A DNA stretch of 42,321 bases, taken from the IMG/VR virus record IMGVR_UViG_3300020045_007012, positions 1-42,321 of that record. One strand, written 5' to 3'. Within the stretch, counting starts at the first letter, position 1. Each line of letters starts with the position of its first letter. Source of the stretch: a virus (Duplodnaviria; Caudoviricetes). A program made the position numbers and the translations under genes. The notes under the pieces are model-generated. The model saw only the letters and a list, made by a program, of their open reading frames with translations. It did not search any database and was not told the DNA's origin. Positions 18,653-26,615 of the stretch are shown here, piece by piece.

Positions 18653-18748
18653 CTTTAGTATAAATCCGTGGGAAAGGGGCGCAAGGGGGTTTTCCACAAG
18701 CTGGGGACAACGCCATAAATCCCTCCTAGAAATGTGTATACTTTGGAG

Positions 18749-19039
18749 ATGAACGACGGGAGATATTATGACTGGTTGCGGGACAACGAACTACACTCAG
18801 CGCGCTGGCTCCAAAAGTTCATCTATTTTAGAAAATACTACAAGATAAAGGGATACTATGAGGGGCATAACTACGATCTCCTCAAACGCTGTAAGGAATG
18901 TCATTGTGGTTTCTTTGGATATGAAGACTACTGCGGCAACTGCCTCCCTAAAATCCTCTTTCCACGAGGGAAATATATCGCGGCAGGAAAGTACCATAAG
19001 GGAGGATACTTCACAAAAGACGGCTATGTGAAGCCATAA
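18749..19039 (+). CDS. Hypothetical zinc-finger protein
   Basis: CKEC...CGNC; TATACT 6 nt before ATG at 18749. Confidence 0.55.
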   Translation: MNDGRYYDWLRDNELHSARWLQKFIYFRKYYKIKGYYEGHNYDLLKRCKECHCGFFGYEDYCGNCLPKILFPRGKYIAAGKYHKGGYFTKDGYVKP

Positions 19040-19046
19040 AATCACC

Positions 19047-19076
19047 TGTGCATAACCATGTGGACAAGGTGGATAA
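19047..19076. promoter_or_regulatory. Cluster of three DnaA-box-like 9-mers
   Basis: TGTGCATAA, TGTGGACAA, GGTGGATAA in tandem, same orientation, intergenic. Confidence 0.6.
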
Positions 19077-19134
19077 CTAAGATATCCTATATCTAGGAGA
19101 CAGGTTGCAGGATTAGTCCTAACTAATTCCGCTT

Positions 19135-19326
19135 ATGCAATGTTCACAATGTTCACAGTACACCTACTGGCATATCAGGGGCCAAAAGTTCATCTGTCCC
19201 TGTGGCCGGGTCTATAAAAGTAGAAAACACTCTTCACGAAGGGTCAAAACCCGTGGCAACGCCATGTATGGCCTTATTCTCCTTGGCTGGCTTGCAAGTT
19301 CGATGATATATGCCGTATCCACTTGA
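19135..19326 (+). CDS. Small zinc-ribbon protein with C-terminal hydrophobic segment
   Basis: CSQC...CPCG; MYGLILLGWLASSMIYAV. Confidence 0.45.
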   Translation: MQCSQCSQYTYWHIRGQKFICPCGRVYKSRKHSSRRVKTRGNAMYGLILLGWLASSMIYAVST

Positions 19327-19909
19327 ATATCATTACAGACATGGGACAATAAAGTGGCTCCTCAAACTCTTAGGCCCGACTCGTCCTCGGCTCCGAAGGG
19401 GTGTTAGGGGGCCGGACAAGCGACAGACAAGGAAGTCCGTTACTGACTTAGAATGTCTTATGTTATGCGTAATCATGTGTACACTTCCGTTTTTCGGCAT
19501 CGCCAGCATCCAATATGATGGGTTGACGTACTATGCCCCTGAAACCACGCTAGAGGCCCAAATTGCCCCGCAGACGATAGAAGAGCGTATAACCGATAAA
19601 GCCCTCGAATATGGGGTGAACCCCGACCTAGCCCTATATATTGCCTCAAAGGAGTCAGGAATTGACCTCTCCACAACCACAGACTATCTCCCAGTCAGGG
19701 GAGATATGCACATCAAATGCAAGGATGGAAGCCCAGTGGAGGCCAGAGGGATTTTTCAGATTACACAGTGCCACTGGGGAGACTCGGTATCCGATCAAGA
19801 AGCCGACGATGTGGACTTCGCAATCGAATGGTCAATGAAACACCTTGCAAAAGGAGAGAAGACCTGCAAGCAGTTGTGGACGACCTGTAGACATTGGTAT
19901 AATCAGTAG
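19310..19909 (+). CDS. Lytic transglycosylase (SLT / lysozyme-like) with membrane anchor
   Basis: IASKESG (catalytic Glu) and ARGIFQI motifs; hydrophobic segment upstream; start codon uncertain. Confidence 0.75.
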   Translation: MPYPLEYHYRHGTIKWLLKLLGPTRPRLRRGVRGPDKRQTRKSVTDLECLMLCVIMCTLPFFGIASIQYDGLTYYAPETTLEAQIAPQTIEERITDKALEYGVNPDLALYIASKESGIDLSTTTDYLPVRGDMHIKCKDGSPVEARGIFQITQCHWGDSVSDQEADDVDFAIEWSMKHLAKGEKTCKQLWTTCRHWYNQ

Positions 19910-19927
19910 GTTCGGACACCCACACAG

Positions 19928-19956
19928 AAACCGCCTTGTCCCTAGGGGCGGTTTTT
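19928..19956 (+). terminator. Intrinsic terminator
   Basis: AAACCGCCTT...GGGGCGGTTTTT. Confidence 0.75.
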
Positions 19957-19971
19957 GGTATGATAGGTGCA

Positions 19972-20274
19972 TAGTTTTCCTTGTGCTGTGTCCAGTCTAG
20001 TCAAGAAAAGCTATGGAAAAACAAAAATTGGAAAAAGATACAGAAACAGTGCATGGGTATCGTTCGATGAACTTTCAGAATGTGGTGGGGAAAATCCTAA
20101 CCTATATAGAAATGTTAGGACTTCCCACAGAACAAGAACGCGCGACAAAAGATACGATAAAAAATGAATTATGGGGAATGTGGGACAACCCATCCCATAG
20201 TTTTGAGGTAGACCCGGCGTTACCACAAAAAGAATCGTAATTATTAAAAGTTGGACACAGCACTAGGAACGCTA
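19972..20274. repeat. 24-bp imperfect inverted repeat (19972..19995 / 20251..20274) bracketing one ORF
   Basis: 20 Watson-Crick + 2 G-U pairs, 2 mismatches. Confidence 0.85.
20013..20240 (+). CDS. Hypothetical 75-aa protein
   Basis: ORF fills the loop of the inverted repeat; TGGTATGAT promoter at 19956..19964. Confidence 0.65.
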   Translation: MEKQKLEKDTETVHGYRSMNFQNVVGKILTYIEMLGLPTEQERATKDTIKNELWGMWDNPSHSFEVDPALPQKES

Positions 20275-20299
20275 GGCTTTTTCTGGTACTATAAGAGAA

Positions 20300-20701
20300 A
20301 TGAAGCGTTCTCCTCTAAGGAAGAAAAGCACGCAATCTCTCTCTGTCCTCCAAAGAAAACTCTGGGAACTCTGCCGAAAACTCGCCGCCAAACTCTATAA
20401 GCCCTACTGCTACACCTGTGGGGCTGGCCCCCTAAGTGGACACAATAAACAACTTGGCCACATGTGGGCCAAAGCATCACTGGGTGCGTGGCTCAAATAT
20501 GATATGCGGGTTTTGCGTTGGCAGTGCTCTCGCTGTAATTTATGGCTAGGAGGTATGGGTGCCCAATTCTATGCCAGTATGCTCTCTGAAATAGGCCAAG
20601 AGGCTATGGATGATCTAAACTCCCAAAGGACTAAACTGGTAAAGGCCTCTGAACACTATCCTAGGCTCATTGACGAGTATACAAGGATGTGTGGTGAATA
20701 A
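20300..20701 (+). CDS. ninG: NinG/Rap-like recombination endonuclease (HNH-type)
   Basis: CYTCG...GH...YDMRVLRWQCSRCN pattern. Confidence 0.7.
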   Translation: MKRSPLRKKSTQSLSVLQRKLWELCRKLAAKLYKPYCYTCGAGPLSGHNKQLGHMWAKASLGAWLKYDMRVLRWQCSRCNLWLGGMGAQFYASMLSEIGQEAMDDLNSQRTKLVKASEHYPRLIDEYTRMCGE

Positions 20702-20723
20702 TCCCCTGTAATAGACCCCCCAC

Positions 20724-20863
20724 TTGACCGTCTGCGAGGGGCCATGATATGCTTGGGGTAGCCTTCGTGGTTACCTTGCGCCTTTAGTCCCACCACTACT
20801 CGCAAGGGGTGGTGGAACTAAGGGAAAAACAGATGAGTCCGTGAAGGCTAATTATAAATTAGT
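20724..20863 (+). promoter_or_regulatory. Promoter plus structured 5' leader of the replication gene
   Basis: TTGACC-18-TATGCT; outer stem 20760..20770/20839..20849; inner long hairpin with GCAA tetraloop. Confidence 0.6.
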
Positions 20864-20873
20864 CCTTTCCTTC

Positions 20874-21617
20874 ATGGCCAAGAATAGGATGTTGAACACA
20901 AAGTTTTGGTCGGACAACTATGTGGCAAACATCGACCCATTAGAGAAACTTTTGTTCCTTTATTTGATAACAAACCAATATACAAACATCTGTGGAGTCT
21001 ATGAAATAACCACAAAGCAAATTGCCCTTGATACTGGAATAGATAAGGACAACATTGAAAAAGTCTTCCTCCCGCGATTGAAAAAAGTGGGGAAAATCTA
21101 CTATGTTGATGGGTGGATTTACGTCAAAAACTTCATCAAACACCAGAAGGCGAGTGGAAATGTAAAGTTGGGTATAGAAAACGGGTTTTCTCTCGTTCCA
21201 AAGAAGATTATGGCTAAGATAAAGGCTATTGAGGACACAGGGGGGTCACAGGGGGTACACAGCCCAATACTTGAACCCAAACCCGAATCTGAACTTGAAC
21301 CCCAAACAAAGAAGTCTTCTCACGAAGACGGGGGAAAGATAAATGAATTATTGGAGTTATTCAGAGTGGTAAATCCGTCGGTAAATATCCTATTCAAGAG
21401 AAAATCTGAACGTGAGGCACTTTCCCGCCTCATAAAAGACCATGGGGAAGAAAAGTTGAGAGACATTATAGCATTCCTTCCAAGGTCAAACGCATCACCA
21501 TACGCCCCAACCATCACAACCCCAATTTCCCTAGAAAGGGATTTAGGAAAGTTGATCGCGTGGAGCCAAAAGGAGAAAGGGAAGATATTATCAAAAGGGC
21601 GTGGAATAGCAGAATAG
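20874..21617 (+). CDS. Phage replication initiator / replisome organiser
   Basis: N-terminal KFWSD...KLLFLYLITN...IALDTG winged-helix pattern, low-complexity linker, C-terminal helical domain. Confidence 0.75.
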   Translation: MAKNRMLNTKFWSDNYVANIDPLEKLLFLYLITNQYTNICGVYEITTKQIALDTGIDKDNIEKVFLPRLKKVGKIYYVDGWIYVKNFIKHQKASGNVKLGIENGFSLVPKKIMAKIKAIEDTGGSQGVHSPILEPKPESELEPQTKKSSHEDGGKINELLELFRVVNPSVNILFKRKSEREALSRLIKDHGEEKLRDIIAFLPRSNASPYAPTITTPISLERDLGKLIAWSQKEKGKILSKGRGIAE

Positions 21618-21618
21618 T

Positions 21619-21999
21619 ATGAAATACTTTAGAGTAAAATACGGTTTTGGAAATATAGATTTTGTTTCGATAGACGAAACAGAACTTCGGAAAGCAATCG
21701 TTGCACAAGTAAAAGGACAAGTTGGTATTTTCAATGAAGGCACTGTGGCGGGGAATAACATCATCAGTATCACCCCAGACGTTCAGCGAATGATGGGGTA
21801 CAACCCAACATATCAACTCACTGGGGAAGACTATGAATCTATCCCAAAGAACATAGTGCGCGACGCGAATATGTTTATTGAAGATACTCGCATGGAAGTT
21901 CTTGGACAAAAACGCCCAGTAGAGCTTCCCTCAAAAGAAATCCCCAAAGAACTTTCCGCCGAAATGCAAAAACTCTATGAGAGTAAAAAAGTCGCATAG
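21619..21999 (+). CDS. Hypothetical protein coupled to the initiator
   Basis: 126 aa; starts 1 nt after initiator stop. Confidence 0.6.
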   Translation: MKYFRVKYGFGNIDFVSIDETELRKAIVAQVKGQVGIFNEGTVAGNNIISITPDVQRMMGYNPTYQLTGEDYESIPKNIVRDANMFIEDTRMEVLGQKRPVELPSKEIPKELSAEMQKLYESKKVA

Positions 22000-22054
22000 A
22001 AAATTGTGTGAATAACCCTCCCCCAACCTAACGAATAGATGAGATACTAGAGGT

Positions 22055-22450
22055 ATGAAACAAAAACACGAACAACCGCCAAACTGGCCCGAACTAGAAA
22101 AAGCCTTCGGGGTGAAGTGGGGAGAAGTTGTCGTAACCTTTGGGGACACTTGTTACTGCAAAGAATCACTCTCCGACGATCTAGTAGAGCATGAATCCCT
22201 CCATGTAACCCAACAAACTGGATATGATGGCGGCCCCACGGCGTGGTGGGCGAGATACATGATTGACCCAGAGTTCCGTCTCTCCCAAGAACTTCCTGCG
22301 TATAAAAAGCAGTTCAATTTCATAAGAAAGAAAGTGAAGGATAGAAACCAGCGCCACAAAATCGCCGTGCAAATAGCAAAGATACTTTCGGGGAAGACTT
22401 ACGGGAATCTTGGAAACTTTGACACGATATTGCGCGCGCTTCTCTACTAA
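22055..22450 (+). CDS. Putative zincin-like metallopeptidase
   Basis: HESLH (HExxH) with downstream E-x-x-AY. Confidence 0.55.
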   Translation: MKQKHEQPPNWPELEKAFGVKWGEVVVTFGDTCYCKESLSDDLVEHESLHVTQQTGYDGGPTAWWARYMIDPEFRLSQELPAYKKQFNFIRKKVKDRNQRHKIAVQIAKILSGKTYGNLGNFDTILRALLY

Positions 22451-22451
22451 C

Positions 22452-22715
22452 ATGAACCACATCTCACTCTCACTCAAAGAACCGCCAGTGAAGAAAGATC
22501 ACCGCAAGGATTGCATAGATTATCTTTACGACACCTACAAGAAACACATGGTAAAGAATAACCAAAAAGTCTGGCCTATCCGCACCTTCCTCGCCGTCCT
22601 CTATTCAAGGAATGCTATAAAAGACTTAGACACCCTCAACTACATGGTCAGCGTCGTAAAGGACAAGGAGAACCGGGGGGAGAATAGTGTGGGGTGGATG
22701 CTCAAAAAGACATGA
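22452..22715 (+). CDS. Hypothetical protein
   Basis: ATG 1 nt after upstream stop; ATGA overlap downstream. Confidence 0.5.
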   Translation: MNHISLSLKEPPVKKDHRKDCIDYLYDTYKKHMVKNNQKVWPIRTFLAVLYSRNAIKDLDTLNYMVSVVKDKENRGENSVGWMLKKT

Positions 22716-22948
22716 ACCATAAAATATACACAATCAAAGAACTCTTAGAGATAGTGAACGATAAAAACATTGATAACTTTCTCGTAGACTTTTCGGCTTG
22801 GCTCCACATGAACATTGAAATGAAGAAGTTCGCCGACGGGATGAATCTTCCTGGCATTGAGATAAGGCACACGGATTATTTTCACTGGATAGATGATGGA
22901 AAACACGGCGCTACTATCACCCTAAAAGTTGAGGATGAAACACACTGA
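22712..22948 (+). CDS. Hypothetical protein
   Basis: 78 aa, translationally coupled. Confidence 0.5.
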   Translation: MNHKIYTIKELLEIVNDKNIDNFLVDFSAWLHMNIEMKKFADGMNLPGIEIRHTDYFHWIDDGKHGATITLKVEDETH

Positions 22949-22952
22949 AAAC

Positions 22953-23025
22953 GGCTAAATAGAGCCATATTCCGCTATCCACAGCCCCCCTAGCTAGCGT
23001 GTGATACACTGTCCTCATATTAGCA
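22953..23025 (+). promoter_or_regulatory. DnaA-box/C-tract promoter element (copy 1)
   Basis: CTATCCACAGCCCCCC...TGATACACTGTCCTCATATT; related to 25674..25755. Confidence 0.6.
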
Positions 23026-23038
23026 ATTAGGAATAAGT

Positions 23039-24121
23039 ATGAAACAAATCATCGTAAAGACACAGAAGGAACTTGACGCGATCAAGTCAGATTACAGTGG
23101 AACTGTTTACATAGAAGGTGGAACAGAAAACAGCCCACTTGAAATGTCAGTAGTCTTCAGTGATGCCTATGTGGTTACTCGTGGTTCTGCACAGGTAATT
23201 ATGAATTGTGGGATTATTTCAGAGATGTGGGACTCTTCCCAAGTCCGCGTGATGCGGGACTCTTCCCAAGTCCGCGAGATGCGGGACTCTTCCCAAGTCC
23301 GCGAGATGCGGGACTCTTCCCAAGTCCGCGTGATGCGGGACTCTTCCCAAGTCCGCGTGATGCGGGACTCTTCCCAAGTCCGCGAGATGCGGGACTCTTC
23401 CCAAGTCCGCGTGATGCGGGACTCTTCCCAAGTCCGCGAGATGTGGGAATCTTCCCAAGTCCGCGAGATGCGGGAATCTTCCCAGGTCCGCGAGATGTGG
23501 GACTCTTCCCAAGTCCGCGAGATGCGGGAATCTTCCCAAGTCCGCGAGATGTGGGACTCTTCCCAAGTCCGCGTGATGCGGGAATCTTCCCAAGTCGAAC
23601 TCTACGGAGAGTCAATGGTATCTGCACGATCTGCAAAGAAAATCATCTGCCACGGCTATAACGTAGTGAAAATAAACAAGTCAGATGAAAAGGATGTAAC
23701 CGTAGTGATGAACAAAGACTCACACCTCATCATCATTCCTGATTTTGTCATTGACTCTTTTAAGGAATACCAGAAACACTATCCTACGAAAGTAGATGGA
23801 AAAAAAGCCATCTTCTACAAGGCGGTGAAGAAGGAGGGAGATATATATATTTCTTCCTATACCAAAGATTTTACCTACGTCGTTGGTGAAGAAAAGACGG
23901 AGAAGTGTGCTCCAGTAAAGGATGGCGCGTGTGCAAGTGGCATCCATATCTCCCCAAAGTCATGGGCACTCAATTTTGGAAGTGGATGGGAGAATATGGC
24001 CCTCCTTGAAGTTGAGGTTGCGATAAAAGACATCGTGGTCTCAAAAGATACGGACGGGAAAATCCGCGCCTCGAAGGTAAAAGTTTTGCGTGAGGTTCCC
24101 AAAGAAGAATACTATGCCTAA
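23039..24121 (+). CDS. Phage repeat (beta-solenoid-like) protein with conserved C-terminal domain
   Basis: 14 x 9-aa (E/V)M(R/W)(D/E)SSQVR; C-terminal YKAV...CASGIH...LLEVEV...GKIRA pattern (DUF7666-like). Confidence 0.75.
   Translation: MKQIIVKTQKELDAIKSDYSGTVYIEGGTENSPLEMSVVFSDAYVVTRGSAQVIMNCGIISEMWDSSQVRVMRDSSQVREMRDSSQVREMRDSSQVRVMRDSSQVRVMRDSSQVREMRDSSQVRVMRDSSQVREMWESSQVREMRESSQVREMWDSSQVREMRESSQVREMWDSSQVRVMRESSQVELYGESMVSARSAKKIICHGYNVVKINKSDEKDVTVVMNKDSHLIIIPDFVIDSFKEYQKHYPTKVDGKKAIFYKAVKKEGDIYISSYTKDFTYVVGEEKTEKCAPVKDGACASGIHISPKSWALNFGSGWENMALLEVEVAIKDIVVSKDTDGKIRASKVKVLREVPKEEYYA
23222..23596 (+). repeat. Coding tandem repeat, 14 x 27 bp
   Basis: Unit G(A/T)GATG(C/T)GGGA(C/A)TCTTCCCAAGTCCGC. 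Confidence 0.95.
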
Positions 24122-24578
24122 CCTCCTCTTCATTGACGGCAACCTTGAATTAGTCAGAAAAGTCCACGCTCTAGGCATCCCCGCCCTCCAAGGGGACTAC
24201 TTCGAGGAATCGGCCAAAATAGAACACCCTGTCCTCATGACCGCCTCTAACCCCCGCTTCACCTTCGGAGGGGGGATAGACTGGCAGTTCCTCCAACTGT
24301 TCCCTATCGTAAAACAGAAACAATCTAGAGGTGGAGGAATGGAACGTGTAGAGAACATCGTCTTTGCCATCACGGTAGATGACACGCTCCGCGCCTCCAA
24401 GGAACAAGTGAGGAAAGCACTGGACTTCGCTATCTCCACGCTCAAAGAAAATGAAACTCTGTGCTTCTCCGGCCTTGGGTGTGGGATAGGTGGAAACAAA
24501 AACTTTGGCCCCGATCAACTGTGCGAGGTGCTGAAAGAGGTGTTGGGGGAGGCGAAGAGGGAGCAGAAAAATACATGA
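24114..24578 (+). CDS. Macrodomain (ADP-ribose binding/hydrolase) protein
   Basis: QGD, ASNPRFTFGGGID and FSGLGCGIGG match the macrodomain GD, NAAN-GGG and GxGxxG loops. Confidence 0.7.
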   Translation: MPNLLFIDGNLELVRKVHALGIPALQGDYFEESAKIEHPVLMTASNPRFTFGGGIDWQFLQLFPIVKQKQSRGGGMERVENIVFAITVDDTLRASKEQVRKALDFAISTLKENETLCFSGLGCGIGGNKNFGPDQLCEVLKEVLGEAKREQKNT

Positions 24579-25672
24579 ACCTACCAATAAACCAGATACT
24601 ACAAGGAGATGCACTGGAAAAACTCAAAGAGTTGCCAGATGAAAGCGTGAACTGCATCATCACTTCACCTCCTTATTGGGCGTTGAGGGATTATGGAACT
24701 GCATCATGGGATGGGGGAGATGTTAATTGTGAACACAAGGGAAAGTTAAAGACAACCCAAGCGGGTTTCAATGAGCGGTGTACTGGAAAAAAGCCAGTGG
24801 AAACAAATAAACAAGCAGGACTGTATATTCCTTGGAAAGATGTATGTGGAGATTGTGGCGCGAGAAGAGTTGATAAACAACTTGGACTAGAAAATACTCC
24901 CGATAAGTATATAGCAAGGCTCTGTGATATTTTTGATGAGGCAAGGCGTGTACTAAGGAAAGATGGGACGCTCTGGGTGAATCTTGGAGACACTTACGGA
25001 GGTACAGGAGATAAGGGTATTTCTACTGACCCAAAATATGAACGCGGCCGCAACGGGCAATCAAAGGCATTAAACCGTCTTTATAAATCAAAGTCTCTTC
25101 TCCAAATCCCTTCTCGTTTTTCTATTGAGATGGACAAGAGAGGGTGGATACTCCGAAATGAAATCATTTGGCACAAGCCAAACTGCATGCCGTCGTCTGT
25201 GGATGATCGCTTTACTGTGGACTTTGAAAAGATATTTTTTTTTGTGAAAAGCAAAAAATATCAGTTCACACAACTACTAGAACCTGTATCCGAAGTTTCT
25301 TTGAAACGCGCAGAGTATGGGTGGTCGTCCGACCACCCATCAATCGCTGGAATAGATGGGGAAAACCCCATGAACACTGAAAAGATGGGAACACGTTTTG
25401 TAAACCCTGAAGGTCGAAATAAACGTGCTGTGTGGACTGTGAACACGCACTCATTTGCGGATGCTCACTTTGCCACTTACCCCGAAAAACTCGTTGAGCC
25501 GATGATACTCGCAGGATGCCCAGAGGGAGGAATTGTCCTTGACCCTTTCTTTGGTGCTGGAACCACTGGGCTTGTCGCCAAAAGATTGCAAAGAAGGTTT
25601 ATTGGAATCGAGTTGAACCCAGAATATATAAAGATAGCCAACAGCAGACTTTCGCAAGAACACCTATTTTAG
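24575..25672 (+). CDS. Beta-class DNA amino-methyltransferase (probably N4-cytosine)
   Basis: TSPPY, HFATYP, DPFFGAGTT; C/H zinc-like insert; start MNLPINQILQGD by ATGA overlap. Confidence 0.9.
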   Translation: MNLPINQILQGDALEKLKELPDESVNCIITSPPYWALRDYGTASWDGGDVNCEHKGKLKTTQAGFNERCTGKKPVETNKQAGLYIPWKDVCGDCGARRVDKQLGLENTPDKYIARLCDIFDEARRVLRKDGTLWVNLGDTYGGTGDKGISTDPKYERGRNGQSKALNRLYKSKSLLQIPSRFSIEMDKRGWILRNEIIWHKPNCMPSSVDDRFTVDFEKIFFFVKSKKYQFTQLLEPVSEVSLKRAEYGWSSDHPSIAGIDGENPMNTEKMGTRFVNPEGRNKRAVWTVNTHSFADAHFATYPEKLVEPMILAGCPEGGIVLDPFFGAGTTGLVAKRLQRRFIGIELNPEYIKIANSRLSQEHLF

Positions 25673-25673
25673 G

Positions 25674-25755
25674 GCCTAAAATAAGGGTATTCTTATCCAC
25701 AGCCCCCCCCTTGACCTACCACACGCAAGGACTATAATGTACTCATATTCAGTAA
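25674..25755 (+). promoter_or_regulatory. DnaA-box/C-tract promoter element (copy 2)
   Basis: TTATCCACA-G-C8-TTGACC-16-TATAAT-GTACTCATATT. Confidence 0.75.
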
Positions 25756-25767
25756 CAAGCACTAGGT

Positions 25768-25938
25768 ATGGCAACCCTCATGGACGAGTTCAACGAAATA
25801 GAAAAAAAGGTCGAAGACCTCAAGGAGCGAGTGGATGAGTCCGAAGACGGCTGGCAAGAGGAAAAGGAAGACCGCGACCGCTTTGAGAGTGAGAAGGCCG
25901 ATAGGCACTTCGCCCCAAGTGAAGGATTTATCCGCTAA
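25768..25938 (+). CDS. 56-aa acidic early protein
   Basis: MATLMDEFNEIEKKVEDLKE...; 20 D/E versus 10 K/R; first ORF after the promoter. Confidence 0.55.
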   Translation: MATLMDEFNEIEKKVEDLKERVDESEDGWQEEKEDRDRFESEKADRHFAPSEGFIR

Positions 25939-25947
25939 GAGAAACCT

Positions 25948-26615
25948 ATGGACACCTACACAGACACCAAAACCCGCCACGACCGCCTCCCCAAAGATAC
26001 CTTCTGGCACTGGGCCATGCTCTCTATCCTCCTTGTCTTCTTAGTATTCATTCTCACAGCAATATGGTCGTAGCAACAGCAGACAGGGAAGACCCGCTCA
26101 CCGCCATCCAACAGCAACTCACCGACGGCCTCGACGCCTCCTATGAAGCCAAAACAGAGGTAGAGAAATGGGACTTATTGAGACACGCAGTAGAGACTTC
26201 ACTTACTATTATCAAAGACCACCATGAGTAGACCAGTAGTTCACATGATTGGAGGGTGGATGTTCGGACGACGGACAAAGTGTGGAAGAGAATACGACCC
26301 ATTCAGGTGGCACGGCGTCGGTCGATGGAAAAAAGTTACATGCAAGCAGTGTTTAGCCCTTAAAGGAAAAGTATGAGTAGCAGAGAAGGAGAACCAGACT
26401 TGAAGGGAATGGCCGAAGCATACTTTGAGAGAGCGGAGATCGCCGCACACTCACTAGGAACCATCGTATCCGATAGAGACATCCAACGCTTCCGCCTCCG
26501 GCCCCATGTCCTAGCGTTCAAGTATGAGTCCATGTTATCAGCTAAAGAAAAGAAAGAAGGGAGGAGACAGGAACGCCGCGAGAACCTTAGTAACTTTATG
26601 GGACAAATGATATGA
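25948..26615 (+). CDS. Run of four small coupled early ORFs (25948..26073 TM peptide; 26064..26231; 26224..26376 zinc-finger-like; 26373..26615)
   Basis: Overlapping start/stop codons, read by hand. Confidence 0.5.

Noticed and set aside
20830-20852. Hammerhead-like CAGATGAGTCCGTGAAGGCTAA
   Set aside because: Core CUGAUGA reads CAGAUGA, GAAA is absent, stem II is imperfect, and the bases are used by another stem
23222-23596. CRISPR array
   Set aside because: Units are contiguous with no unique spacers, in frame within a protein; no cas genes
23206-23661. Extra overlapping ORFs on both strands across the repeat
   Set aside because: Shadow frames of a stop-free 27-mer; only 23039..24121 has flanking domains and a promoter
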